DNA from: Tetramitus jugosus
Lineage: Eukaryota > Protista > Heterolobosea
Direction of reading: 5' to 3'
Length of the DNA stretch: 64,000 bases
Assembly: GCA_937625935.1 (NCBI GenBank)
Contig: OW569389.1
Location: 186,001-250,000, forward strand
Shown: positions 1 through 12,272 of the stretch, piece by piece
Numbering within the stretch: position 1 is the first letter of the stretch
Layout of the letters: the number at the start of each line of letters is the position of its first letter
Notes under the pieces: generated by a model
What the model was told of the DNA's origin: nothing
The model's database searches: none
Seen by the model: only the letters and a program-made list of their open reading frames with translations
Made by a program: the position numbers and the translations under genes

Positions 1-123
1 AACGACGAAGGCAATGTCGCTCGAAGCTCATCCATCTTCTACCTCCTATTCAACCTTGCGTGTTGTTGTTGAGTGGCTAAAAACACGATCAGCAACCGTA
101 CTTTCCGTGTGAAATAATAAACA

Positions 124-1743
124 ATGTTATTCACAAAGAACAAGGGCAATGATAGCAGTGCTGAAGGGGAAGATGATTCTTCACAAAAGTTTGAATCTGG
201 GAGTCGAGGGCATCTATCACCGAAGGCAACAACACAAGATCCTACCAAGTTATCAATCTTGAAGCTTCTCTTGTTTGTATATTATGATTTTAGTTTGATT
301 CTGGGACTCATGTATGGAATGGGCTTGCTGTTGCCGACTCACGTGGCTCAAATGGTGGCTCCAAGTGAGAAAGCGTTTCTGTTGGCTACTGCGGGTATCC
401 TTTCTGCTGTGATTGGAATTATTTGCTCCTTTTCGACTGGTATCTTATCTGATCGTATCAAAACGAGGATGGGAAAGAGAAAGCCAGCTGTTCTTATTGG
501 AACGTTGATGATGTCCATGTGCTTGGGTGTGAGAGGTTTATTGACTGACTTGAAACAATTGGTCACATTCAAAATTGTTCTTTACATCATGTTATATTGT
601 GTAGAGACTGCTGGAATGAGTATTGCAATTGCAGGTTATAGGTCATTGCTCCCTGAAGTCATTCCTGCAAGTCAAATGGGAATTGCGAGTGGCATGATTG
701 GATTTGCCTCGGCCCTCGGTATCGTTGTGGGAACATTAGGTTTTGGAGCAGTGTATGGATTGGTTCCCTTATGGATCAACATTGTGGTTCTGATGGTTAT
801 GATCTGGTCTGGTTCATTGGTTCTCTTGGTATCATTCAAGGAACCTGATGAAAATTATAGTAACCACAAGAACAATAATAATAAGATAGGGGTGGCTTCA
901 ATCAATTATGAATCATATGTGACTGATGGAGATGAACAGGACCATGAAGAGGATGAATTGGACAAGTTCATGGATTCAGTTCTGAATGAAGAACAAGCAC
1001 CAATCGAGTCAAAATCTGAGAGTTGGAAACAAAAGTTGTTGAGGGTTGTGTGGTACGAGAATCCATTAGTCCAGTGGAACTTTCTCTGTTCATTCTTGAG
1101 TCGATTCATGTTTTATTGCACATTGATGACAATTCAAGGATACTTAATTTATTTCTTTACTGACACATTCCATATGCAATTTTCAATACTGTTCTGGAAC
1201 AATGTGATTAGTTCTCCTGTCCGAGCATCATCAGTCTACACCTCTACCCAGTTTATTTCAAGTTTGTTCACCACTGCATTTTGTGGATCAATCAGCCACA
1301 AGGTCGGAAAGAAGACTGTAGTTTATGTGAGCACTGCAATTATCGTTTGTACGGCCAGCGTACAGGCATTCACTCGATCATACTCACTCTCTCTCGTATT
1401 GTCCATATTTACTGGACTGGGTTTAGGTATGTTTCAAGCGATTGATCTCAGCATTACGATCGATTCTCTTCAGAGCAAATCCAACATCGCAAGAGATTTA
1501 GCAATCGCACATTTAGCAATGTCTGTGCCGAAGATGATAACATCACCTTTGATAGGATTAATCATTGGAGCATTCGATAAGTTATTTGAGCAGAACATAG
1601 TGGTCCGCACACCTCACTTTGGTTACACAGTGGTGTTTTTGATGGCCGCGTGTTTCATGATGCTGTCTGCTCTGTTCATCTCCCTAGTCAGAATTCCAAA
1701 ATCCTCTCCTTCTAGAACCAAGGTTCAACCAGTTGTTAATTGA
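124..1743 (+). CDS. Major facilitator superfamily transporter (12-TM, sucrose/GPH-like)
   Basis: 539-aa ORF with two bundles of about 6 hydrophobic helices around an acidic central loop; MFS motif A-like GILSDRIKTRMGKRKP. Confidence 0.85.
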   Translation: MLFTKNKGNDSSAEGEDDSSQKFESGSRGHLSPKATTQDPTKLSILKLLLFVYYDFSLILGLMYGMGLLLPTHVAQMVAPSEKAFLLATAGILSAVIGIICSFSTGILSDRIKTRMGKRKPAVLIGTLMMSMCLGVRGLLTDLKQLVTFKIVLYIMLYCVETAGMSIAIAGYRSLLPEVIPASQMGIASGMIGFASALGIVVGTLGFGAVYGLVPLWINIVVLMVMIWSGSLVLLVSFKEPDENYSNHKNNNNKIGVASINYESYVTDGDEQDHEEDELDKFMDSVLNEEQAPIESKSESWKQKLLRVVWYENPLVQWNFLCSFLSRFMFYCTLMTIQGYLIYFFTDTFHMQFSILFWNNVISSPVRASSVYTSTQFISSLFTTAFCGSISHKVGKKTVVYVSTAIIVCTASVQAFTRSYSLSLVLSIFTGLGLGMFQAIDLSITIDSLQSKSNIARDLAIAHLAMSVPKMITSPLIGLIIGAFDKLFEQNIVVRTPHFGYTVVFLMAACFMMLSALFISLVRIPKSSPSRTKVQPVVN

Positions 1744-1965
1744 GAGTGTACATTAGTATAATAATAATAATTGTAAATTATTTTAGTTAAACCATAGCAT
1801 AATTGTTCGCACACTACACTTGCTACACACAGTCGTATCTCATGGCTTCACGTTTTGCAGTAGCCATCTCCCTCTTCAAAGAGAAGTTGTCAACTCGATT
1901 CGAATTTTCAGAGCGACAGGTCAGAGCCAACAATAAAAAGCGATCAACTTAGCCGAAATAAAGGT

Positions 1966-3438
1966 TTATATTTTTCTCCATATTTGCTCCATCTGAGTCT
2001 TGTATTCCTCGAACGTACAATTTGAAATCTGTTGTTGAATCGTTTGAAACAGTGACAAGTAATGATATAGATTGTGCATCGTTAACAAAACTTCTGCCAA
2101 CATTTCATGCGTGTTCAACAAGTGATGAATATAGGCGCGAGTGTGATTCTTACAGGCCCAACATGGACAAGTGTTTGAAATGGGTGTAAAGTCCCTCACG
2201 TACTCCACACTTCTCAAATTGAGTTTCATAATGTCACTCGAAAGAGCAGCAGTAGCAGCAACATCCTTGCTAGGTGATGATGAACTAGGTAAAAGAGGAT
2301 AAACCGATGCATAACCAAGTTCAGAACACACAAATGGATACGTCGCATCAAACAAGTCCATTCCACGATAGACACACTCGAGCACTTCTAATGGATGATC
2401 CATTCCCTGTATCACTCTCAACACACCACCGCTCAAGTTGTTCCTGGTCTCGATTCGTTCGTGAACCATGCGAACACTGTTTGACAGTGCAATGGATTGA
2501 TCATGAGGACTCATTTGTGTCAAATCTCCAAACAAGACAGCTCTAATGTTGTTGTTCTGAGTCTCACTCGTAACATCACTATGACCAGCATTGTTTGCTT
2601 CATTTTGTTGTTCTTGTTGTTGTTGAGATGACTTGTTTGACGTGGTCAACAACAACATGGAATCAATGGCCAATGGCAAATGAGAAGCATGATGTTCCAA
2701 TGATGCCGTACATTGCATCAATCCATGAATAGGAATCGATGATGAATGATCCTTCTTATTCTCATTCACTTGTTCTTGTTGCTTCTTGTACCAATTGTTG
2801 TTTCGTTGAATGGCCTTTGCAAATCTCTTCTTGTTATAGGCATTGATCAACAACGGTTCTCCATTGCCATTACCATATCCATTGTCATGCATCATCACAT
2901 GAAAATCACTACCCAACTGTTCCACTGCACTGATAAACTCTGAATCGGACAATTTCTTTCTACCGGATTCAGTGTCACCCATGATACCCTTGTCATTGAA
3001 GAGTTGAGTGTTGGTGGGATACTGTGCATCTCGAATGGACAACATGAGACTATAGGAATCAAAGTTGAAGAATTTGTGAAGAGTTGTCTTCTTGTTTGTG
3101 GTGGTGGTGATGGTGGTGGTAGTGGTGGTGGATGTCGTTTCATTTGCTTGTTCATTCATCATTGACTCATCCGCATTTTCAGCATTGTTGTTGCCAGAGA
3201 AAATGGAGAGTGGATAATTGTGCATGAGATCAAAGAGGTTCAATTGAATAATTGCACTATTCATGCCACATGCGTCCAACACCAATTTGAAGTTGTCGTT
3301 GGTCAAGTGAGGAATGGTGCCTCTTCTGGTGTGAATGGAGCATATGGGAGTGGCGTGTGACTTGTTGTGAATGGTGAGTTTACCTGTTCTGTAGAATGCA
3401 TTCTTGTCGGTGGGTGATGAAGATGGTAGGAACTCCAT
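1966..3438 (-). CDS. QTRT2: Queuine tRNA-ribosyltransferase accessory subunit
   Basis: TGT fold: N-terminal TP...TRRGTIPHLT, GMDLFDATYP, zinc site CPCWAC...RAYIHHLLNTHEMLAEVLLTMHN; lacks the catalytic DSGGFQ motif of QTRT1. Confidence 0.9.
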   Translation of the reverse strand: MEFLPSSSPTDKNAFYRTGKLTIHNKSHATPICSIHTRRGTIPHLTNDNFKLVLDACGMNSAIIQLNLFDLMHNYPLSIFSGNNNAENADESMMNEQANETTSTTTTTTITTTTNKKTTLHKFFNFDSYSLMLSIRDAQYPTNTQLFNDKGIMGDTESGRKKLSDSEFISAVEQLGSDFHVMMHDNGYGNGNGEPLLINAYNKKRFAKAIQRNNNWYKKQQEQVNENKKDHSSSIPIHGLMQCTASLEHHASHLPLAIDSMLLLTTSNKSSQQQQEQQNEANNAGHSDVTSETQNNNIRAVLFGDLTQMSPHDQSIALSNSVRMVHERIETRNNLSGGVLRVIQGMDHPLEVLECVYRGMDLFDATYPFVCSELGYASVYPLLPSSSSPSKDVAATAALSSDIMKLNLRSVEYVRDFTPISNTCPCWACKNHTRAYIHHLLNTHEMLAEVLLTMHNLYHYLSLFQTIQQQISNCTFEEYKTQMEQIWRKI

Positions 3439-3594
3439 TTTTCACAAAGGTGGTGTTGCTTTTCTTGTTTCTTTTTTGATTGTTGAATGATCAATGGTGT
3501 AATTGAATGTTCAATCAAGAAAAACCGGGGAATGATTTTGTCACCTGATGGCATCTACAACTTCAAACGAGGAGAAATAACAACAAAACAAGAG

Positions 3595-3967
3595 ATGAAC
3601 AAACTGAGTGGTAGTTCATCAAATGGAGCTACTGCAGGATCGAAACAGAGAAGAGGAGGATCAGTAGATGAGGACAAGGTATTCCAAGGTCTCCAGAAGA
3701 AGCAACGATGTAAATTATGTGAGCAAGAGTTCTTTGTGGAAGAGTTGCCAGGTGCAATCTCTTACAATTCAGTTTTGAAACTGCGACAAAAGTATGGTTC
3801 AGTTGTTCTCAATACCTTTCAACCAAGTTGACAATTAACACTAAATTCGTCTTGCAAGATGGGGGAAACAAGTTCATATTCCCTCTGCTTCCTTGAGATA
3901 TCAACGAGTAAAACTCTGCGTATTCTGCTCTCAGTTCTTTGATGACGCCATCGACGTCAAGCAATGA
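3595..3967 (+). CDS. Small putative zinc-binding protein (CxxC...CxxC), 2 exons: 3595-3791, 3859-3967
   Basis: Intron 3792-3858 (GTATGG...CTAAA...CAAG). Splicing keeps the frame and gives CKLC...LRQKWGKQVHIPSASLRYQRVKLCVFCSQFFDDAIDVKQ*. Confidence 0.7.
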
Positions 3968-4036
3968 TCAATTGCTAGTATCATGACCAAGTAAATCATA
4001 ACCATGTTGAATAATAATTGTTTACTTTGTTAGGTT

Positions 4037-5565
<1,529 letters not shown>

Positions 5566-5712
5566 GATTGTTCTACTTGTGTTCTTTCGATAGTGTTGTA
5601 TGAATGGTTGTTTTGCTTTCTGTCAGAAAACTGCGCTTTTTTCTCAAGGCTTGATCTTCTTTTCGTTTGATTTTCTATTTTTATTCTTGTAACCAACATT
5701 TTCCATCAGACT

Positions 5713-7635
5713 TTACAATTTCAAGTGGAGATATTTCGTGCCATTGTTTGTATTCAGGTAATGTTGTCCTTCGAGTTGTTCCTGCAACATGTACTTTTGT
5801 CGATACTTTGCCAATGTTTCCTCAGTATCCTCATCAGAGAGTTCTTCACTCACAAACGAGTCTGAGAGTCCTCCCTCTGAAGAGAATGAGTGATCTTCGT
5901 CAATTTTCCCCGTCAAAACCTTGCTGGAGTTCTTGCTCTTGTTAATCTGATCGAATCTGATTGACATGGATCCATTTTCTACCTCTTCCACCTCTTCCAC
6001 CTCCAACGACTGATTTTGGAGTTGACTATAATCCATAGGCTCCAGAGGATCGACGTGCTCCCTTATGCTAAGAGGTTTCTCAGATGTCAACTTAGAAACA
6101 TGAGCCTTGAGAGAGATTCTCAACTCTTGGAGTTCGAGATTGAGTTGAGAGTTTTCGTGTCTCATCAATCTCTGGTCCCTTATCAGCTTTTCATTTTCTC
6201 TTTGCAACACCTGAATATTGTCAATTTTGACAAAATCATCACAGATTGATTCCGTGGCAAGCATGATAGACTTTCGGCCACAACAGATGTTCGAGAGCTT
6301 TTTGTTCCATGAGAAAGTAACATCTACTACAAACTCGTTCACTTGTTGAGTCGAAAGAATTTGGCTGGAAGGGAAAGGTGCAGAACCTATGCAGAAAACC
6401 TTGCTCGTCTCGGTCAAGCATAAGACATACTGACTATTCTGGCTCTTGAATAGATGAGAGAAACAACTACTTACGTGCAAGAGAGTAGGATATTGGAAAA
6501 AGTGACCATTGGGTAACTCACCCCAGTAGTAAACGCTTCCAGATCTACACAAACAAACCATGAATCTCCCACAACAAATAAAATCCTTGACTCCTTCCAC
6601 TCCATGCACTGGTTTTGATTCAATAGAAATCGATACAGGGTTCTTATGTCCTAATTGACCGTCCACACCGATTCCAAAACTGTGGAGTTTACCTTCTTCC
6701 GTGATGAATGCAACATAGGTGTCATTACAATGAAGTTTAGAAACTGAGAGATCATCAATTCTTTGAACAGCCTGTAAACTATTTGAATTGGCCAAAGAAC
6801 TAAATGATCTATTGAGGATATCAACAGGTCCTTTGAACAATAGACCATGTTCCTCTGTGTATATGCAATAGCTATTTTGATTCGATGTAATTCCTCTAAA
6901 TCGGACTTGACTCTCGGTAATAGATATGCTCGATGATTGAAGTAGGTGGATGTATGGAATAGAATGAATATGAATAGACCATTGATTTCTTCTCCATACA
7001 CATGTGGGAGTGGAACTACGAATCTGATGACTCACATCACTCGAGTTAAGTAGATGTTGACTGTGATGCTGGAAATGGATCCGATAAATCGAGCTAGGTA
7101 GTAACACAATGATACAGGAATCAGTGCATGCTATATCAACAATCTTTTCATTCAATTTTTTGAAGTAAGAGATCAATAGGGGCCCAGTTTGTATTTGAGA
7201 GAGATTGAGCTCCACTGGTTCAGTGTAATCCATCATATGAAAACTTCCGTAGAGATCCAAGCAATTGTCTGAATATTGAATCACAAACATGTCCTGACAG
7301 CAATAAATGTTGACAATGTTTGAGTGATGAGTAATAGGAAGTGGATAAATGTTCGATTCCCCGTTGGATCGGACACACAATGCCAATTGTGCTAAGTAAC
7401 GTTGAGATTCATTCTCTCGAGTGAAACTAGAGAATTGAGAATGAGTATTATGGAATTGAGAAATTCTCGTATTGCTACTGTTTGAATGAATTGAATGATG
7501 GGGAAGGTGATTCACATCCTGTTTGGTGGCTGTCTCCGAGTCCTTGTTCAACAAAAAGAGATCTGTAGAGAAGGAAGAGGATAGAATTGAACCATACATT
7601 GGGAATGAGACATCATCAAGCCTGATGTTTTCCAT
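5713..7635 (-). CDS. RCC1-like repeat protein with C-terminal coiled coil and acidic tail
   Basis: RCC1-type repeats GKLHSFGIGVDGQLG and CCGRFMVCLCRSGSVYYWG; heptad-rich LQRENEKL...LQELR. Confidence 0.65.
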   Translation of the reverse strand: MENIRLDDVSFPMYGSILSSSFSTDLFLLNKDSETATKQDVNHLPHHSIHSNSSNTRISQFHNTHSQFSSFTRENESQRYLAQLALCVRSNGESNIYPLPITHHSNIVNIYCCQDMFVIQYSDNCLDLYGSFHMMDYTEPVELNLSQIQTGPLLISYFKKLNEKIVDIACTDSCIIVLLPSSIYRIHFQHHSQHLLNSSDVSHQIRSSTPTCVWRRNQWSIHIHSIPYIHLLQSSSISITESQVRFRGITSNQNSYCIYTEEHGLLFKGPVDILNRSFSSLANSNSLQAVQRIDDLSVSKLHCNDTYVAFITEEGKLHSFGIGVDGQLGHKNPVSISIESKPVHGVEGVKDFICCGRFMVCLCRSGSVYYWGELPNGHFFQYPTLLHVSSCFSHLFKSQNSQYVLCLTETSKVFCIGSAPFPSSQILSTQQVNEFVVDVTFSWNKKLSNICCGRKSIMLATESICDDFVKIDNIQVLQRENEKLIRDQRLMRHENSQLNLELQELRISLKAHVSKLTSEKPLSIREHVDPLEPMDYSQLQNQSLEVEEVEEVENGSMSIRFDQINKSKNSSKVLTGKIDEDHSFSSEGGLSDSFVSEELSDEDTEETLAKYRQKYMLQEQLEGQHYLNTNNGTKYLHLKL

Positions 7636-7773
7636 GATTAATGCTGTAAAATCACCCGCAACTCAACTACGACAATGTTCGGAAGAGAAATTGGCGCGGA
7701 TAGCGACTTTATATGGTACAGGAATTCGATTCTTTTCACATCGTTTGTCACATCAATCAATATAATGACGCCA

Positions 7774-8613
7774 TTATTTTACCATTAGTGGTCCGTCAGG
7801 CAACAGAGAGTACACTGGTGAGCTGCCTCTCCTTCTCCCTAGAAAATCATCAGTTGACGCACTACCTGGGTACAACCACTTGAGAGACAATTGAAAAACA
7901 CCGAGCAATGCACCAATAGCATTGGGAACAACAATGGAAGAATCACCTAGACTGAATCCGTACAGTGCCCACACGAGAGAACAACCTGTTCCTGCGAGAG
8001 ACATGAGCAACGGAATCGACTGTGCATCTCTCTTCTGAATCACCTCTCGTACGGAGGCCAACGGACTACCAAACATGAGAATCGAACACATGGCTGCCAA
8101 ATAACCCAACTGTCTCACCTCTTGTTCATGATCATTCAGTGCAAACATGACATAGACCATGGAAAGCAAGTAAAACAACAGAGCAATGGAACATTGAGTC
8201 AAAAACGAATCACGATGACTCGTAATCCTAAAATAAAGATAATTGTAGTAACTAGCAAACAAGAATCCCACAAAATTGACCAAAACAAGAGTGAAATTAT
8301 CGCACAGAACACCATAGGTCACCCACAAGAGACAATTGATGAACATGGCCAGGTAGGGCAATGGACTCGCAGGTCTTTGAACCATGGAGTTACTATTAAT
8401 AATGATATTACTGTTATTACTGCTATTGTTATTGTTGTTGTTATTGGCATATACGCTGACAGCATTTCTCAATGATTGGAATGGTGAGAGATAGAGTGCA
8501 AAACTGAGTAGTGTTCCAAGTATTGATAGTATCATTTGAGTGTTGTTTGAAGAAATCAAGGAAGCTGCCATGACATTGGTCGCTGTGATTGTCTTTGTTG
8601 CTTCATCCACCAT
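7774..8613 (-). CDS. SWEET: SWEET (MtN3/saliva) sugar transporter
   Basis: Two MtN3 units: LYLSP...SPLPYLAMFINCLLWVTYG and MFGSPL...W.LYG...IVVPNAIG; 7 TM. Confidence 0.92.
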   Translation of the reverse strand: MVDEATKTITATNVMAASLISSNNTQMILSILGTLLSFALYLSPFQSLRNAVSVYANNNNNNNSSNNSNIIINSNSMVQRPASPLPYLAMFINCLLWVTYGVLCDNFTLVLVNFVGFLFASYYNYLYFRITSHRDSFLTQCSIALLFYLLSMVYVMFALNDHEQEVRQLGYLAAMCSILMFGSPLASVREVIQKRDAQSIPLLMSLAGTGCSLVWALYGFSLGDSSIVVPNAIGALLGVFQLSLKWLYPGSASTDDFLGRRRGSSPVYSLLPDGPLMVK

Positions 8614-8877
8614 AGTTTCACGTGTTTCTTATTATTGGTTTGATTTCTCTCTGTTTTTGTTTGGATTGCGATGGAACGTCGGAGGTGGAAAAATAAACTT
8701 ACTTTTTGAGATCCATTGGATCGGCAAAAAAAAACAACCACAAGAACATACAAAAGCACAGCATTATTCACCCATTTCATCCATTTCACCCATTTCCACC
8801 ATCATTGAATTTGAATGCCTCTTCTTTCATGAAAAACATCCCTGATGCAATTGCCTGCCCTCACTTGATACAGTGTC

Positions 8878-11376
8878 ATGAAGAGAGAAAGATTATCCAG
8901 CGACGACAACAAAAACAACAATCACAACAACAACAACAACAATAATAATAATAACAACAACAATCATAATCATAATAGTGCATGCAACAAGAGAATAAAA
9001 TTTTCAGAACAACCATCTCCTCTCCACTCATCCATTTCATTGAATACAACAACAACAACAACAACAACTTTACCGCAAAGTCAAAAAAACAACAACAATC
9101 AACAATTACATCAACTGCAACAACAATACTTTAATAATCAAATGGATTATCAAATGAACTTTGACAACAATAATCCTATTGTTCATTATCAAAAAAAATC
9201 AACCATTAGAGCAATAGGAGACCTTCCCATATCAATCATTTTACACATTCTTCAATTCTATGAATTTTCATTGGAGAGTTGGTTGAATGATGAACACAAT
9301 AAGCACAGTAGTTTTATTAATAACATTAACAATGCTTCTGATGATGACTATGATGATGATGATGATGATGGCATGAATCTAGGTACTGTACAGCAACAAC
9401 AACAAGAACAACAACAACAGAGTGGTGGTGGTGGTGGTGGTGGTAGATGTAGGACACTGTCATTGGATTTCAGTAGTCCCAATCAATTTTTTTGGAACAT
9501 TTGGCAACAACATCGTCAACGAAAACAAATTGAAATTATGAATAATAATACGAGTAGTAGCAGTAGTGATGATATACAATTCAATGCATCATCATCAGTA
9601 ATGTCACTCACTCATCGTCAACCTAGTGATCTAGAATCATTGTTCTTGAAAAGTGGAAATATTCCCGTTTATGATATTGACAGTGAGATGATGGTCAAGT
9701 CATTCAACAATTATAATAATCATAATCATAATAATAATAATAATAACACCAATAACAATCTTCATTTTGATCCAATTGATGACACAAATTTTCCTCATCG
9801 TGTTGCTGAACTAGTGGGCTACTCTTATGATTTCAACTCTATTTACAATGAGAATAATGATCATCACATGAACAACAATCCTCACAATCATAATAATAAT
9901 AATAGTGACTCAATCATGATTGACTTGTTAGAGAAACATGTACCAACAAATGCAAATCATTGTACAACACTATTGACCAGGGCTCTCTACGGACGATTCA
10001 CTCGAGATTTTACTCGAACTGTGTATTGCATCTTTCCCAGCATCAAGATTCAAAGTGATAAGAATAATGATCAGCAACAAGAGTCATTTTCATTAAGTGT
10101 ACCATTGATCAAAATGATGCATGTGCGTGAGAGAATCAATGCACTAAAGTATGTCATGGGTGCACAACGCATCATTGAATGGATCAATAGAAGAAGCAGA
10201 AGAAGATTACAACAACAACAACAACAACAGGAGTGGTCTCAGCAGAGAACAAATGTAATGAATGATATTCAACTCACATTGAAGTTGTTGAATCGAAAAC
10301 ATGTTCGCATCACAGTTCAGAGCTTGTTGCGCATGAGTCACAAGTTGATACATGTGAATGCTTCGAATCTCGATTTGAATGATCAAGATTTCTGTTTGAT
10401 GAATGATTCTAGTGATAATAGGAGTATGAATAGTAAGAGTAATAATAGGAGTGAAAACGAGAATAATAGGATGAAGAAATATAGTTTGACGAGTATGGAT
10501 CTATCGAGGAATAAAATATCGGATCAAGGTATCATTCAACTGTGCCATCACACAAGAGGAACATCATTTTTGAGACGTATTGATCTCAGTAGGAACGATA
10601 TTGGTGATGCAGGTGCATCCACAGCACTCTTCTCCCATCTCCATATTCAATCTCTCAATCTCAGTCACAACAACATTACGGATCATAGTGTTGAACGGTT
10701 GGAGAACAATCGAGTGTTGCAGAATCTTGATCTGAGTTTCAATATGATCAATGAGAGAGGTATTCAGAGCATCACACAATGTACTTCACTGAGGAAACTC
10801 TGTTTGAGATACATGTGCCTCAAGGACCCTTGCATGTCCTTCTTTTATCACCTTCCTCATTTGCAAGAGTTGGACTTGTCTCACAACTCAATTACAGACG
10901 AAGGAGCCGTCACACTATCCAATCTATCAAACTCTCTCGTGACACTGCACCTAGGGTTCAATCACTTGACAGGCATTGGTGCAGGTGCACTGTTCAAGAG
11001 CACTCATCTGCAAGTTCTGTCATTGAACAACAACAGAATCTATTCTGATGCACTCAAGACACTGCTGTTCAACAATTCACTCACGCACCTCGATCTCAGT
11101 AACAACATGATTGATGATATCGGTGCAATGGTGATCACACGGAGTCGGTCACTCAAATCAGTCAACTTGGCCAACAATAACATCACAGTGGATGGTGCGA
11201 GACACTTTCTCCTGTGTCCCCACATGAAATTCAATTTGAGATCCCAGCAGACGAACGAACCTCAACAACAACAACAACAACAACAACAACAGTTGCAACA
11301 GAACCCATCCACTGCGTCATCATCACCGAATCGTTTCGCTCCATCTTCGTCTTCAGCAAATGATGAAATCTTCTGA
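8878..11376 (+). CDS. F-box-like / leucine-rich repeat protein
   Basis: F-box-like IGDLPISIILHILQF; about 10 tandem ~24-aa LRRs (LDLSxNxIxDxGA); long poly-N/Q tracts. Confidence 0.8.
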   Translation: MKRERLSSDDNKNNNHNNNNNNNNNNNNNHNHNSACNKRIKFSEQPSPLHSSISLNTTTTTTTTLPQSQKNNNNQQLHQLQQQYFNNQMDYQMNFDNNNPIVHYQKKSTIRAIGDLPISIILHILQFYEFSLESWLNDEHNKHSSFINNINNASDDDYDDDDDDGMNLGTVQQQQQEQQQQSGGGGGGGRCRTLSLDFSSPNQFFWNIWQQHRQRKQIEIMNNNTSSSSSDDIQFNASSSVMSLTHRQPSDLESLFLKSGNIPVYDIDSEMMVKSFNNYNNHNHNNNNNNTNNNLHFDPIDDTNFPHRVAELVGYSYDFNSIYNENNDHHMNNNPHNHNNNNSDSIMIDLLEKHVPTNANHCTTLLTRALYGRFTRDFTRTVYCIFPSIKIQSDKNNDQQQESFSLSVPLIKMMHVRERINALKYVMGAQRIIEWINRRSRRRLQQQQQQQEWSQQRTNVMNDIQLTLKLLNRKHVRITVQSLLRMSHKLIHVNASNLDLNDQDFCLMNDSSDNRSMNSKSNNRSENENNRMKKYSLTSMDLSRNKISDQGIIQLCHHTRGTSFLRRIDLSRNDIGDAGASTALFSHLHIQSLNLSHNNITDHSVERLENNRVLQNLDLSFNMINERGIQSITQCTSLRKLCLRYMCLKDPCMSFFYHLPHLQELDLSHNSITDEGAVTLSNLSNSLVTLHLGFNHLTGIGAGALFKSTHLQVLSLNNNRIYSDALKTLLFNNSLTHLDLSNNMIDDIGAMVITRSRSLKSVNLANNNITVDGARHFLLCPHMKFNLRSQQTNEPQQQQQQQQQQLQQNPSTASSSPNRFAPSSSSANDEIF

Positions 11377-11457
11377 TGGGAAGACAAACGATAAAACCCA
11401 TCCAAAACAATAACAATAAAATGTTTGATTGTATTTGCGAAAAAGTAGTGTGTAAAT

Positions 11458-12149
11458 TTATTGAGCAGCGGTTGATTGAGATTTGGATGAGGATGAGGAT
11501 GATGATGATGAATTGACTTGATTCACCTTGACCTTTGTCTTGTCTTCCTTCAACAACTCTCTTTCAATTTGTTGCAATTTGAGGAGTGCATCCCTGTCTG
11601 CCACTTCTCTCTGAATGGCAGCTGCAATCACATTCTTTTGAATCATTTTATCAATAATGAATGACTTGTTCTTTGAAATCTTTTGACCAGAGTTTATAAT
11701 TTGAAGAACGTCACCTACATCGGTCTCATTTTTTGGATCATCAAAACTAATCCATTCATGTGGCATTAGTATTATTATTATTATTCGGTTCATTGATCAT
11801 TTTGTTACATTGATTATTATTATTGTTGTTGTTGTTGTTATCATCATGTATTATTATTATTATTAGGTATGTTGATTGTTATTGTGATGATGATGCGGCG
11901 AACCAATGAGTAATCGTCGTATTTTGGTCAAATGTCAATGATTGAGAGAGCAGTGAATATGAAAAATGTGAGTTCATGTTGTTCTCCACACAAAAAATCA
12001 AATTTTGATTATCAAAAAACAACATACAATATCCTGGTCTTACGGCGAACATGCACTCTGTATTTTTGATTATAGTACTTGGAGTATGTCTCCAAGATGC
12101 CAGTCTTTGTCATTCTCTTGCTGGTCACAATTCCGATAAACTTGGACAT
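11458..12149 (-). CDS. MRPS17: Mitochondrial-type ribosomal protein uS17, 2 exons: 12149-12028, 11746-11458
   Basis: Exon 1 (absent from ORF track) MSKFIGIVTSKRMTKTGILETYSKYYNQKYRVHVRRKTRI; phase-2 intron 11747-12027 (GTATGT...TTAG); exon 2 FFDDPKNETDVGDVLQIINSGQKISKNKSF matches the bacterial uS17 pattern G.V.S..M.KT...KY...D..N....GD.V.I....SK.K.F. Confidence 0.88.
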
Positions 12150-12272
12150 GATTAGTTTGTGTGTTGCGTTTTTGTTTTTTTTGTGTGCAAAAAAGTTTCT
12201 TCCGCTCGTTGAAGAATTCGGGGAAATAGAAAATTGTATTCATCAAACGACTGTCTAAGAAAAGTCAATGTG

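Noticed and set aside
1800-1950. ATGGCT...AGCCAT hairpin with ANANNA and ACA-like boxes between converging genes
   Set aside because: Stems are short with no proper pseudouridylation pockets; compatible with chance
8878-11376. Similarity of F-box + 24-aa LRRs to bacterial GALA-type effectors (possible HGT)
   Set aside because: Architecture is common in amoeboid protists and the gene has host-like repeats and composition; HGT cannot be supported without phylogeny
12031-12140. Hairpin CTTGGAG-tatgt-CTCCAAG, Sm-like ATTTTTG and ACA suggesting an snRNA/snoRNA
   Set aside because: Region is exon 1 of MRPS17 on the minus strand; no U-snRNA hallmark sequences
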